Shown in pieces: positions 37,990 through 51,416 of a stretch of 64,000 bases of DNA. The translations under genes and the position numbers were made by a program. The notes below the pieces were generated by a model. The model ran no database searches. It had not been told where the DNA came from and saw only the letters and a program-made list of their open reading frames with translations. Each line of letters opens with the position of its first letter. The stretch's first letter is position 1. The DNA comes from Octopus sinensis (taxonomy: Eukaryota), in NCBI RefSeq assembly GCF_006345805.1, contig NC_043002.1, forward strand, positions 8,742,001-8,806,000, read 5' to 3'.

Positions 37990-38850
37990 TACAAGAAAGA
38001 TAACAGAAAAATTCAGAATATACATAAACAAGCCAACCATCCCAAAAGCATTATTAAAACCAATCTCAAACTTACCTTTTTATCTTCAAATGTAAAATAC
38101 TAAATATAACAAACCTCACAATGATAGCAGTTAAAAGAAAAAGTGCAATGTTTAAACAGCAATCCTCCCACAATAAATAAAATACATAAGAATAAAAATA
38201 GGAATATTATCTGGTATAATCACCTCTTCAACATATAAGTCTTCACACCAATAGCTAAATTATTTTTCAAAATAATGCAGAAACACTTCCACCCAGCCGC
38301 AAATATTACAAACTAATAAACAAACATACCATAAAATTGTCATACTCTACTACCAACAACTTTGAAAAAAATGCAGCCAACTGCAACCAGCAAAAATTTC
38401 TAAAATTGGAAACCTAAACCACATACACAATAACAATTGAAATTGTAAAACACCTTCACCCTGCCTTCTAGAAGGAAGCCGTCTCTCAAGAAATATTGCA
38501 TATAGCACAATGGTAACCACAAACATGACACCAACTACTATATCTACATACAAAAGAGCTATTGCAAACCAGTTCAAGACATGATACAACCAACACAAGC
38601 ACACATTTTGCAAACCAAACAAGAAACATCACTATCTAAAGATATGTGGCAATTGAAATAAAAAAAAACACCACATTAAGCATCAAATGGAAAATACTCT
38701 CACATGTACAACTATACCAAGGTAATAACAAACTTTGTACAAATGAAACCAACCACATTCTAACATTTATGGACCAAATCCTGCACTGAAAGTCCAAACT
38801 AGTCTCCTCGTGCAAGCACAAAATCTTAAAAACACGAAAACACTACAAGC
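37990..38850 (+). mobile_element. Decayed Penelope-like RT thumb and GIY-YIG
   Basis: RNIIWYN, NCKTPSPC..EG, FKT.YNQHK and IKWKIL motifs (frame-broken). Confidence 0.65.
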
Positions 38851-38859
38851 CAATATTCA

Positions 38860-39400
38860 CCTGCACAGTGTTACCATGTTTGTAATATGCACATGGAATG
38901 TTGCATCATTACTCCTGTGGATTCTCAGGTCATGCACCAACTTTGACTTTGGAATTGCACTACCCACTGGTCCTGTGTAATCCAAGTGTAGTCTGTAGAA
39001 TGCTTGAAACCTCTCAGCATTGAACTGTGTGTTATTTTCATCAACCCATTTGCATATAGGGTGTTTTTCAGTTTTACTATGTCATCAGGGTCTTTGACCA
39101 CTTATGATACTTTTGTGTTATCTGCATAGCTGGTGAGAGTGGCTGACTGTATAACTGAAGGCATGTCTGAGAGAGCTACCACAAACAGTAGTTGTCCCAG
39201 TACACAGTTCCTAGAGGGACTCTGCTGCAAATTAATGTCTCCTCAGAGAGAGCAAAATTGGCTGCAACTGTCTGATTTCTGACTTTTTAAAAAGTTGAGC
39301 AGCCATATATAGTATAAAGATTAATAAGTCCAGTCTTTGGAATTACCCTGGATTTCATGTCCATAAACCACTTAGCTATACAGCATATCATCAGACCCTG
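38860..39400 (-). mobile_element. CR1/L2-type RT fragment
   Basis: VPLGTVLGQLLF..SDMP..YADNTK. Confidence 0.65.
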
Positions 39401-39473
39401 GCCTCTCTAGAAAATGGAAGAAGAAAATACTTCATTACTCTGTCATCAACAGGGGATTGTTTCCTTTTGGCTG

Positions 39474-40775
39474 TTATTTGTAATCAACTCTGTTATTGTA
39501 TGGGTCCCAGGACACCAGCAGGAATTTCCTGACATGCAAACAGGGTCTGAAGATGTCCATTCTGGAGTTCAAGATGTTCCCCAGGTCGAGGGAATCCTTT
39601 AATATTCTCACCCGTTCAGCTACGCACAGTTTACAATATTTGGTCCTGTTTATATAGGGGCCTGGATTTTCTAAGATTCTCCATGATGCCTTGTATGAAA
39701 TTCCTTCGTCCTTCAGCTGCCATACACTGCAGGCTAATGATGTAGCATATCTTCTTTCCAGCAAGAGGATTTGTGGTTGGAGAAACATTGTTTGAATGTG
39801 TTACTGGAGCATCCAATGCATTTCCGTCTGCAGGTGTTGGTGATGTATCTGCTGGTGCTATTGGTGTTGTTATTGCCATCGTTGAAGGTGGTGATGGTGT
39901 TGGTGCTGTTACTACTGGTGTAGAGGACATCAAAGGTGGTACTGTTGTTGTTGGTGGTGTTGTGATCATCATTTCTGGTGTTGTTGAAACAGTTGCTAGT
40001 GCTATCATGATGGCTGGTGCTGTCACTGTTGTTATAGTTATCATTTGTGATGGTTCTGTGGCCACTTCTGTTAAGGATACTGCCATTGCTGTCACTGATG
40101 TTGTTGCTGGTGGCAGCATTAATTCTGTTTGTATTTCTGCTGCTACTAATAATGGTACTGACATACCTGCTACTGTAGTAATTGTTGGGGAAGCTGCTGA
40201 TGCTGTTGTTGTTGCTGTTGAGCGAACGGTCTTCGTCCCAGAGCTCACAAGATGGAAGAAGTCCGAAACGTAGTCCTTTGCTATTCGTAAGACCCGCAGA
40301 AGAGAAAGCAGGTCAACCCCCAACACCGAGAGCATCGACGGATGGATGAATGCGCATCCAGGCGCAGCGGTTGTGTAGGAAGTCGAGGTGCTGCTGCTGT
40401 TGCTACTAGGGTTGGCCAGTACCTCAGCTTCATAGACGACTCCCTTGGTTTCGCAATGGCTTCCCACTGGGCATCTGTTGTAGTCCCTGCATCCCTGCAT
40501 GAGCATCCCACCTCTGCCCCCGGTCTAGGGGTGCTAACTAAAATGCTCTTAATATTGGGGGGGGGCAGCTAAAAGCGACTGTAAGGTTGTGCCTGTTGAA
40601 TATATTTCCGTACCTATGTAAATGTGGGAAGTGTTTATCTACTAGCCTAAGGAATATCCTGCCAACACACGTTTTTATGTTGAGGGAAAAGTGGGGTGCA
40701 AACCAAATTATATTTCTGCGGTGTATATAAGTATATACACACCTTTTTTATATGCTTATTTGTAGTTATCTGTTT
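39474..40775 (-). mobile_element. Penelope-like GIY-YIG with expanded low-complexity loop and nested SINE fragment (40222-40385)
   Basis: RNIIWFAP..VDKHFP, CPVGSHCETKGVVYEAEV, KCIGCSSNTFKQ, TSLA..VWQLK..WRIL..CKLCVAER. Confidence 0.75.
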
Positions 40776-40802
40776 CATACCAGCATGGACAATGGACATT
40801 AC

Positions 40803-40864
<62 letters not shown>

Positions 40865-40994
40865 AATAGTGTTCCAATATTCTTAACAATTTCATCTTAG
40901 AAATCTTTTTGATAACTAAAATTAGTTTGTTTTTTTTTTTCTAAATTCCCTATGTTCTTTTTTCAGGCTAAAAACAAAATATGTGATTGATTAC

Positions 40995-43483
40995 CAATAG
41001 TTACAATCCCACGAGCAATCAGGGAAACAGATATCCTGCAGTGTAGATGCATAAAATGATGACACAGCTGAAGTAAATAAAAGTTTTTTGTTTTTATGTT
41101 TTATGCTTGTTTCTACATAAGAAAATATTATACTTACATTTGTATATTTTAATCCAAACTGTTTCGTTCGTCTGTTATGATTGTGAATGTGTGGAATCAA
41201 AGAACTTTGTATTTCATGTGAACTGATGTCTCTTGACACATGAGGAATTAGTTTATTATCCGATGATCTGTCATCAATTTTAGTGAACAATATTTGAGGT
41301 AAACATTGGAAATGATGTGGTGATTGTTGAGCTGCTGGAAATTGAAACAAATTTCTGTATTGAAATGGAAGTAATTTCTTTGTATTTATCACATTTTGAG
41401 AATTCAAATTTTCATCCGGTAACGCTTTGATAGAATTTTCCAAGAACCTTAGTATTGATTGTACACCACTATCTATTAACGCTAAGGCGTGATTAGCAGG
41501 TAATGTTATTGTTTCTGCATTTGTTCTAATTATAACCTCTGAGTTGTAACCTGTAAGTAGTTGTTTGATATTTGCCAAAATATTTTGGCAGTTTTGTTCC
41601 ATTTCCTCCAAAAAAATACAAATGTTAGAGCTTTCAAAATTCTGGTTAGATTGTGATGTAATAGATTTTCTTGATGGATAAGTTATACAAGCCTGACTGC
41701 CAGAGGAAATTGTAATTCTTGTGTTAACAACTATATTGTTTATTAATTTGAATAAAACTATACACCTGTCAAAATCAATCTTTACTTGTTTCCATATTTG
41801 GTTTATATCTATAGTGCCACCATATTCTGGAAAATTATAACTACATCGTGGATTGATATGAAAAAGCATCGTTGATTTCTGTAATGACTGAAAGATGTCT
41901 AATCTTACACTTAAGCATCTCTGATTTCCTTCAAAGGAGTAATTTGTAGTTTGATGGAGGTACGTTGGGAAATTAGATCTGTTCACCGGTAAAATGTTAT
42001 CTAAGCAAAGCAAATTAGTAGAACGATCGTCAAAAATATTTTCAGTTAACGTTCGAAGTGAATAAGGATTTTCCTTACAAGAAATTAGTGGTTCAACATC
42101 TGAAGGAGTAATTGAAAATAAGGAAGTGTTTTCACTGGCATTTGATGGTAGCATCGCCATTCTGACTGACCTTTTAAACAAAATAGAATTTGATCTTTTA
42201 GATATTTCGAGGTTCCTGGTCGCTGAAATAGAAACGGAGTCCTGAACATTTACATTTGAACTGTTTGAAACTAACCTCAAAGAAAGATTTCCAGGTAATT
42301 CAGAGAAGTTATTTCTCTTTAGTTGATCGTTGACAGAACTTAGTTTTTTTCTGTGAATAAATGGGAGTTTATATGTGTTGGCTTTTGATATTGTTAAATT
42401 TTTTTTCACCATTTTTGAAGAAAAATAATTCTCTGCACAAGGCTTCAGTGGAGATGAATGATCTGTTAAGGAAGTTCTTATTAGAGAATCCTTGGAAAGA
42501 GGACAAAAATTAGCATGTAAATACTTTTCATGGGTCATAAAATTTCTGGAATTAACATTTAGAGTGGGTGATGTCGTAGTAACAGGCACCGATTCCATTT
42601 GTGAGATATTATTTTGTCCAGTTCTTGATATCGTAACTCTTGTTTTAAAATTTGATTGGTTGGTTCCAGACAAGTTAAGATTTGAAATCAGGTTTTCAAA
42701 TTTCTTTTTATTTACTGTAGGATTACAATTTGAATCATTTATTGAAACAACAGAACCAAAACTTAAAGTACTTAAATGTCTTTGAATATTTACAGAGATC
42801 TTATTTCTTTTTGATGAGGATATATCCATTTGTCTCCTCTGGGGCAAGAATATGTTATTGTTAGAATCATATGAATTTAGAGCATAGCCTGTACAATTTC
42901 TTTGTGCAATATTGGTTAATACTGAAGGAACATTACCAAAGCTACCAATATAAGGTTGACTCCTTGAAGAGAAATCACTCATCTTTTGCTGGCAGTCATC
43001 TTTTACTGGAATGTAAACATCATCCTGTTCAAATGTGACCAAAGGAGTTTGTTTTGAAATGATTGGCTTAATATTTAAATCCTTTATCAAAGAATTTTTC
43101 CTTCTCAAAAACATTGAGACATTAGATGTGTTGATTGAAGGTAAAGAATTATTGTTCATAATATCTGGAAGTTTAATTTCTTTTAGATTAGAAGTAACCG
43201 TGTAATCCTTTGAAAGTGGCATAAATGATTTTTCTGAAAAATTTCCTTCGAAATTAGTGAATAATGTATCAATACTTGATTCTACAGAATTTTCTCTGCA
43301 ATTTGAAACATTAGTGTTAGAGTTGGTAGTCATGGTCGTAACTGAAGCAGATGATATTTCACCAACATTATCAGATGGAACAATATTGTCTTGACTATCA
43401 GAAGCTGTTGGATAGTATTTGTTAAATTCATATTCTCTCACTGGTTCATCAGTATCCATGGGAGAAAGATTGTTGTGTAGGAC
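40995..43483 (-). CDS. Large (2489-nt) coding exon of an uncharacterised Ser/Asn-rich protein
   Basis: 830-codon open frame in AT-rich, repeat-free DNA; TTTCAG| acceptor at 43484 in phase 0; ends at |GTAATC donor (or TAA at 40991 if unspliced). Confidence 0.85.
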
Positions 43484-43824
43484 CTGAAATTTAAAACAAA
43501 TAAAAATATGGTTAAATTAATGTGTCAGTATATGAGAACACTGTTTAATTTTAGTTTTAACTGAGAGAGGAGGGAGGAAGAGGGAGAGAGAGAGAGACAG
43601 AAAAGAGAGAGAGAGAAATGTAGTAAGTAATTAAAGGATTTTAATTAGGGTTCATAGTGGAATCTTCTTCAAACCCCTCTTCCCATCTCTCAGTCTTTAT
43701 TTCTGTCTATCTCTCTGTTTATATATGTCTGTCTCTCCCCCTCTCTCACATGTTGAACACAATTATATACAGCTTGGAGAGGGCACTTACTTTTAGTGGT
43801 TAGAATTATCTTGAAACTGTGGGG

Positions 43825-44115
43825 CATGATCAAGCGGGATCGTTACCAACATCGCGTCACTGGCTCCTGTGCCGGTGACACGTGTAAAAAGATTCAAGCG
43901 AGATCATTGCCAGTACTGCCCTCCATGCTGGTGGCACGTAAAAAGCACCCACTACACTCTTGGAGTGGTTGGCATTAGGAAGGGCATCCAGCTGTAGAAA
44001 CTCTGCCAGATCAAGACTGGAGCCTAGTGCGGCCAACTGGTTCGCCAGCCCTCAATCAAAATCGTCCAACCCATGCTAGCAGGGAAAGCAGACGTTAAAC
44101 GATGACGATGATGAT
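43825..44115 (+). mobile_element. RTE 3'UTR copy (intronic)
   Basis: Core and tail. Confidence 0.8.
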
Positions 44116-45151
44116 GTGGGGCTCTTGACTGACCTGAGATAGAAGTCTGCCTCTTAGTATTTCATCATACATATAGGTCTACTGCGTATACCATCACTTT
44201 TTCAGTCATTCAGTTCCTTTGTAAACCCCAACTGTCCCAGTAATGTCTCCTCAGCTGACACCCTAGATATAGTAATAAAGAATTATTATTATTATATTTT
44301 TTAAAACTCAGGTTTTGTCAGAACTTCCAGAATCTTGGATGAGTAGTAGGCTTGCTCCCTGCAGCCTGCAGTATCATGCTTTTTGTTCTCTTCAACTAAT
44401 ATTTTCCTGATGATTCTAGCCATGCCAAGGATACAAACTTTTTGTAACAGCTCTAATCAGACACACTATTCCCATTTCCTTTGTGTTCCTCTTACTATCT
44501 TTTGAAACTGTCCCCAACCCTAACTGGCACTATCTTCACCTTTTTCAAATTTACGTGCCTCCTCTTACAATTTCTGATGATTAGCTTGTCAATTGGTAGC
44601 TAATCTTTTGTTCCCCAGCTCCTCTTTCAGTACCCTTATTACTATAAAAGAAATTATTAGTTTTATTATTATTGAGTGAGAGAGCAATGCATGCCATCAA
44701 AGTGATACTGGAGTACAAATACATGAAGCCCAATATACCCATCATGATTACTCATCTAATAAGAGTACATCAGGCATATACATCACAACCATATGTGTGT
44801 GACAAAGATATCTCATATCAAGATAAACAGCACATGACCTTGCAAGTGGAGCCCAGTTAGAATTTTCTTCAGGTCGAGTAGCCCACCCCACTCAAAAGGT
44901 TCCTGAATAAGGGTTGTTTAACCCTTTCATTACCAACCCGGCTGAAACCAGCTCTGGCTCTAAGTACAAATGTCTTGTTTTCATAAGTTTTGAGTTAAAA
45001 TCTTCCACCAAACAATTTATATTCCTAACACTGGCTGAATGATAACTAAGTTATTTTACTAAATTCTTTGTTATATTTGAAGTAATTGTAAGAAACGGAG
45101 CATCTCAAAATAAATACAGTAACAAACGGTTAAGGATGATGAACAAAACAC

Positions 45152-45187
<36 letters not shown>

Positions 45188-45614
45188 CATTATTATTATT
45201 ATTCCTTCAGATGATTTGTGTCCTCACATAGGTGACACTTGGCTTTCTACCCTTAATGGCCACGTGGAAGTTGGTGCCATTTGGCAAATTTATGATTATC
45301 TGGGGTTGCATCTAAATTTTGTAATCCATTGGCACCCACAACTCCATGCCTTGCCTCAACCAGTTTTGATATTGCAGTTTCTGCAGCTGCAGGATATTTG
45401 TTTTGTCTTCTATGTCCAGGTCATAGAGGAAATTTCTTTATTTTTCTCTTTGTCAAACTTTTGAGATTTCTAAATGATGTAAGTTTCACATATTATGTAT
45501 ATCATTATATCTTGTCTTAAGAGTTCTCAACTGCACATTTTTTACTCTGCTGGAATATAGAATACATGATATTCTGAAGAAGCATCTAAAAAGCATCAAT
45601 GGTCAGAATAATAA

Positions 45615-45835
45615 TATTGGTTTCAAATTTGACACAAGGCCAGCAATTTGGCGGGGAGGGGGGTAAGTTGATTACATCGACCCAAGTATTCTACTGGTAC
45701 TTATATTATTAACCATGCAAGGATGAAAAGCAAAGTCGACCTCAGCAGAAGTTGAACTTAGGAAGCAAAGACAGACGAAATGCTGCCAAGCCAAATACCC
45801 AGCATGCAAAATATTCTGGCATCTCACTGCCTTGA
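45615..45835 (-). mobile_element. Older Meta-domain SINE
   Basis: GGATGAAAAGCAAAGTCGACCTC core. Confidence 0.65.
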
Positions 45836-45848
45836 CTAATAATAATAA

Positions 45849-46248
45849 TCTTTATATATAAAAGTGAGGTTGTGTGCTGTCTGTCTCCTACGATTTAGAT
45901 TCCTAACTACTCCCACATTTTGTGGTGCAGTTTAACCAAAACCGGGTATCTTATAGTCGTGATTCATATCGAGCCCTTCTGGGTATTAGCATGCGTCTAC
46001 GATGAGTCTACGATTTTTAAAAAAATTACCATCATTTTTTTCCATTTTAATGCATTTTTTCGCTATTATATAAGGGAAGTAACTCTCTAAAAATGTCTAC
46101 GATGAGTCAACGATTTTTAAAACAATTTACCATCATTTTTTTTCCATTTTTAATGGATTTTTTTGCTATTTTTTGGCTATAACTCTCTAAAAATGCTTAT
46201 ATAGTTATTTCCCTTACAAACCCGAGCAATGCCAGGCGATACTGCTAG
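45849..46248 (+). mobile_element. Non-autonomous Helitron
   Basis: 5' TC, 3' CCCGAGCAATGCCAGG..CTAG, A|T target site. Confidence 0.8.
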
Positions 46249-47135
46249 TATCAACTAAATGAATAAATTGTCTGAAACAAAATTCCAAAGGAACCTCCAA
46301 GAGTCATTAATTAACGAAGTGCTGAAGGGTTGGATTCTGCAGTACAGCATCAGATATAAAGTTAAAGAGGTGATTAAGAACACTCCAGATTTTGACTGAT
46401 GTGGTGTCATTATAAACCAAATGAAATAAAAAAAAATAAAACTTAGTTAATTGTAATGGTCAGGGTGAGGAGAGTAGTGTAGTTAGTGAGGTGACGAAAA
46501 TTGTGTTGACTTGCCAAGCTAATTCCTGAAGAGATGTGTGTTTATTGCAGCAAATATTTAACCTTTAACATCTATCCACTGGCTGACATTTTGGCAGTCT
46601 AGCCATGTGTTTGTGTGAGAACCATTTAACTTTGTGTGTGACAGAGACAGGCTTGGTCTAAAGATTTGATGGAGGTGCTGAGGAGAGAGAGAGAGAGCTA
46701 TACTAACCATATTATCTCTTTATATGTAAAAATTCTTTGTATATCTGTCTGTTTGTTTCTTACGCATTCCCAAATGGCTCGACCAAATCAAATCAAATTT
46801 TACAAGGTAAAAAGTGTCATGTAATTTTTATTTTCATTTGGATTAAAACAATATAACATTTTATCTAAAATAATCTTTCTATAGCCAACTATAAGTAAAA
46901 GACATTTTATACCACCACCACGACAACAACATCACATATGTATATATGTGTGTGCATGTGTCTATGAGTGTTTGTGTGTTTGCACATTCGTTAATTACCT
47001 TAGGCCTCAGAGAATTTAGCACACACACACACACATCTACACAAACATATACATATGTGATTTCGGACAAGTATGTGTGTGTGTACGTGAAAGTGTATGT
47101 CTGTGTGAATATACATACATTTTTGTGATGACACT

Positions 47136-47166
<31 letters not shown>

Positions 47167-47252
47167 ACATCTAAAGAGAGAGAGACACACACACAAAGGG
47201 AGAGAGATAGGCCATTATACAGAGAGATACAATTAAAGTGTTAGATATTCAG

Positions 47253-47480
47253 AGAGCTGGCAGAAACGTTAGCACGTCGGGCGAAATGCTGAGCAGTATT
47301 TCATCTGCCATTACGTTGTGAGTTCAAATTCCACCGAGGTCGACTTTGCCTTTCATCCTTTCGGGGTCGATAAATTAAGTACCAGTTACGCACTGGGGTC
47401 GATGTAATTGACTTAATCTGTTTGTCCCCTCCTTGTTTGTCCTCTCTGTGTTTAGCCCCTTGTGGGTAGTAAAGAAATAG
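47253..47480 (+). mobile_element. Meta-domain SINE
   Basis: Full consensus, TSD-like AGATATTCAGAGAG. Confidence 0.85.
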
Positions 47481-47659
47481 ATATTCAGAGAGAGAGAGAA
47501 TGTGTGTGTGTGTGTTACCCTGAGGTGTGCGTGAATGTATGTCTGTGTGTGTCTATCTTAGTATATGCATGTGAGAGTGTATATGTGTGTCTGATGTAAA
47601 CTGGCTATGTGAAAGAGCTATACTCGCTGCATCTAATGAAGTAGTTGATAAACTCAATC

Positions 47660-48000
47660 ATGGACTGACTCTTCGTTCAATTGACACAACAGTTGATCAA
47701 GATCAGGCAGTTCAATGCCCTGTTCTATATTTAAAAGATGAGGAATTGTGTACATTATTCACATAATTTAAATTTGATGGATATTTGTCCTCATCTTGTT
47801 TGTTGGGTTAACAACAAACAAGATGAGGACAAATATCCGTCAAATGTAAATAATGTAAACAATGTGTTCAATACTCTGTTGGATTTCTAAACAAACTTAA
47901 ACCCACTGGGATGCCACCTTATAATCTTGACACTAAAGTTGGGTGCCCTTATTATGCTGCTTAGGAATCTTGACCCACCTCGCCCTGTGTAATGGAACTC
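47660..48000 (+). mobile_element. Helitron/PIF1-like helicase fragment interrupted by a palindrome
   Basis: FLNKLKPTGMPPYNL.TKVG.P..MLLRNLDPP..CNGT motif. Confidence 0.75.
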
Positions 48001-48189
48001 AATTCTTTTCCACTCTAGACCCGAAATTTTTGGGGAGGGGGCCAATCGATTAGATCAACCCCAGTACACAACTGGTACTTAATTTATCAACCCCAATGTT
48101 ATTCACACCTGTGCCTGAAATGAAAATAACATGCAAAAATGAATATAACACTGTCATCTCATTTTAACAGATATAATTACCATAATTAC

Positions 48190-48845
48190 ATAAAAATATC
48201 TTGAAATACTAACGAGTAAATTTATTCAATAAGATCACCATTGTCTTCAACCATGGTCTCCTGACGACTTTAGAATCTCCTGCAACTCTTCTGGACAGTC
48301 TCCTTGTTTAAGTTGGTGAATGCTGCCTGAACCCTTGCCTTCTTTGGTATTACGAGGAGTTTTGTTGGTCTCTTGCTCAACTGTGCCCCACACATAATAA
48401 TCAAGGGGGTTACAGGCTGGAGAGTTATGTGGCCAAATGTTAGGAGCAATGTGGCTGCAGAGTCCTGTTGCCAGACATAGAGTCTTCCAGCAGCCACCCT
48501 CTTGACCCAGGGCAGCACTACCTACTCCCGGCACTTAATGTAGGCCCCTGTGTTGAGTCTGAGGCCCTGTGGGAAGATGAATGGAAGCATGACGTTGCCA
48601 TCACTATTGATCACTCCAAACACCATGATATTGACTGGAAGTTTAATTTTTATCACTCTAAGTACATGTCCTTAGATTGCATTGTTCTCAGGTTGACACC
48701 CAAACACTCTGAAATATTCATATTAGAGCTTCCGGCAGGAATTCCAAGCAGTACGGCATGTTTCCAAATTTCTGACAGAGTGAATTGTGCTGTGATGCTG
48801 TTTTTCTTACAGACGGTGCCCAACTGACCCTGCCATACAGTGTAG
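48190..48845 (-). mobile_element. Decayed Tc1/mariner-superfamily transposon
   Basis: YVWQQDSA, NIWPHNSPACNPLDYYVWG motifs. Confidence 0.8.
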
Positions 48846-49748
48846 TCAACAAAATCAAATACAAGCAATGCACATGCGTTAAATTTAAAATAACATTTAC
48901 ATAATATTGAGGTCTCTTTCTTTCTTTTGTTATCTTACCGTTTTTACCAATATATATATATGTGTGTGTGTGTATGTATATATGTATATATAATATATAT
49001 AATATATTAATATTTATATTTATGTGTGTGTATGTATGTATGTATGTATGTATGTATGTATGTATGTATGTATGAATGTATGTATGAATGTATGTATGTA
49101 TGTATGTATGTATGTATATATGTGTATATATATGTACACACACGTGCACACACACAACTGCCTCTCCACCCAATTTCCTTCTCAATGAAATGAGAGAACT
49201 GCATACCTCATTAGCTTTTCCCTGGTAACACTTTTCCTTCTTAGTATCCAGAATCATTCCAGTTGTTATTCATCATTCATTCTTAATACTGTGTTCTCCA
49301 CCCACATTTTGTATTGATCACTCTCATCTACATATTATTCTCCCTCCCCCCTCTCTCTCTCTATTGTATCATTATTACTATTCTTCTGCTCTACCCCACA
49401 CTTTTCTTGCATTATCAGTCATTTTCTACTCCCCCATATCCTCCCAAATCATATGTATCTAGCATACTGAAAAATCTGAAGAATCAGAATTTAAAACCAC
49501 TGGTTTTAAATTGATATTAATCAAATTAATGTTCGATTTTTCACCTTTATTATTTTAAATTTAAATTTAAATACCTATGTCCTCTAACCAACAAAATTCA
49601 CTGCTGCAGAATTGTTTCCAGTATTTTGGCGTGCCAAAATGAAGACTTTTGAAAGATAACCCCAAATGTAATTGGTAGAACTCTATACATGTTCAATCTC
49701 ATGCAAACGTCTCGTGTATATTTCTGCAAATTATATTTTGCTATGACG

Positions 49749-49808
49749 ATCACACTGATGAGTTGCGGACAATTACGTAAGTGGTAACAACGAAGCCGAG
49801 TTTGTGAT
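49749..49808 (+). ncRNA. Type I hammerhead motif (A15.1>G)
   Basis: ATCACA-CTGATGA-GTTG..CAAC-GAAGC-CGA-GTT-TGTGAT. Confidence 0.6.
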
Positions 49809-50070
49809 TAATCTTTATATTTTGTATCTTTTCATTTGTCTTGTTCGCTTACATTCTGGCGTTTGCTAAATTTTCTTGGGAACAATCCTTTCTTAGTGGT
49901 AAAACCATAGGGGGTCTACTTCTAGCATAATGGATGTCCACTTATTGGTCATCCCTCTTATATGTATGTAATATAATTTTTCTGAATCTTCAGGTTTTTC
50001 AAAATGCTAGACCACTGGTTTTAAATTGATATTAATCAATTTAATATTTAATTTTCACCCTTATTATTTG

Positions 50071-50140
<70 letters not shown>

Positions 50141-50165
50141 AGTAAATGAAATAATAGAAAATTAC

Positions 50166-50525
50166 CAGATAAATGTCATTCCCAGTGTGAAAGAGTGCTT
50201 CTGCAAGAATATCACCTTCTTCTGTAGCCTGTATCATCTGTGCTTCTGCAAGGCAGTCGTCATTGTTCTGGTTTTTCTGTTGTGGTATTGCATATTTTGG
50301 TACATCATTTTGTCTGAACCACTCTTCCATTGCTCTGTCTTTTTCTTTAACTTCTCTCTCCTCTTCTTTACTATCCTCATCACCCTTCTCATTCTGTTCC
50401 TTTTCATCTTTGCTTGCATCTTGCCATTCTCCATCACAACTATTTATATTTTCAGGTTGGTTCTGTACAGAAGCAGCATCACGTTTTGACTCTGTGTCAT
50501 TCTGGAGGCCTTCACATTGGATATC
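50166..50525 (-). CDS. 360-nt acidic coding exon of the same gene
   Basis: TTGTAG| and |GTAATT, phase 0/0, 120 open codons DIQCEGLQ...DEKEQNEKGDEDSKEEE...GNDIYL; splices in frame to 43483. Confidence 0.75.
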
Positions 50526-50697
50526 CTACAATAAGCAAGGACCAAAATAAAATGATAAAATTAGGAAGTCATTAATTGCAAAAGTAATTTGTGCATGCAT
50601 ATATATATATATATTGGACCGTTAGCGCCTACACACAATTTTTTTTCTCTCCTTTTTTTTTCTCTACTTGTTTCTCTCCTTGTTTCTTTTCTGTGTA

Positions 50698-50735
50698 TCT
50701 TTCTGTCGAAGAGCGTAGGCTCAAAACGTAAAAGA
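50698..50735 (+). ncRNA. Minimal hammerhead-like motif, CUGUCGA core (G12>A decayed)
   Basis: TCTTT-CTGTCGA-A-GAGC-GTAG-GCTC-AAAAC-GTA-AAAGA. Confidence 0.45.
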
Positions 50736-50882
50736 CTTGTTTTATTTCTATTCCTGAGCACCATACTAATACATTATTTGTTTGTACTCCACCTGCCTTC
50801 GTCTTTTGTTTATTTTCATAAACCTTCTCGCTATATATATATATATTCGCGTTGTTGTCTTTATGTTTTCTTGTTTGGATTA

Positions 50883-50928
<46 letters not shown>

Positions 50929-51248
50929 ATATATATATCGTCATCATCATCATGATCATCATAATCAATTTTTGCATTCATTTCTTTTCATGCTGGTATT
51001 GGTTGGATGAATCTTCAGGTAGCAATTGGTAGGTAGGTAGGTAGGTATGTGTTTAGGTAGCTAGGTGAGTCTACAGATATATCAAGAGATATGTAGATAG
51101 ATATATTAACAGATATACAAATAAGTTCCAGAAATGAAATGAAAAGAAATGAAAATAATCTCAATTGATAAATAACCTAGACTGAGCCTTGATGGTAGCT
51201 GGACCACAAAAAGCACACACTGAATGGAGTACTTTTTGCTGATTCTAC

Positions 51249-51294
<46 letters not shown>

Positions 51295-51347
51295 TGTGTG
51301 TGTGTGTTTGTGTGAATCTATCTATCTATCTATCTATCTATCTATAT

Positions 51348-51416
<69 letters not shown>

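Noticed and set aside
39631-40506. 291-aa mucin-like Thr/Ala/Pro ORF
   Set aside because: Chimera of a PLE endonuclease, a SINE fragment and a low-complexity loop; the YIG motif continues in another frame
40647-40895. Poly-His ORF
   Set aside because: (GAT)n microsatellite, probably an RTE tail remnant
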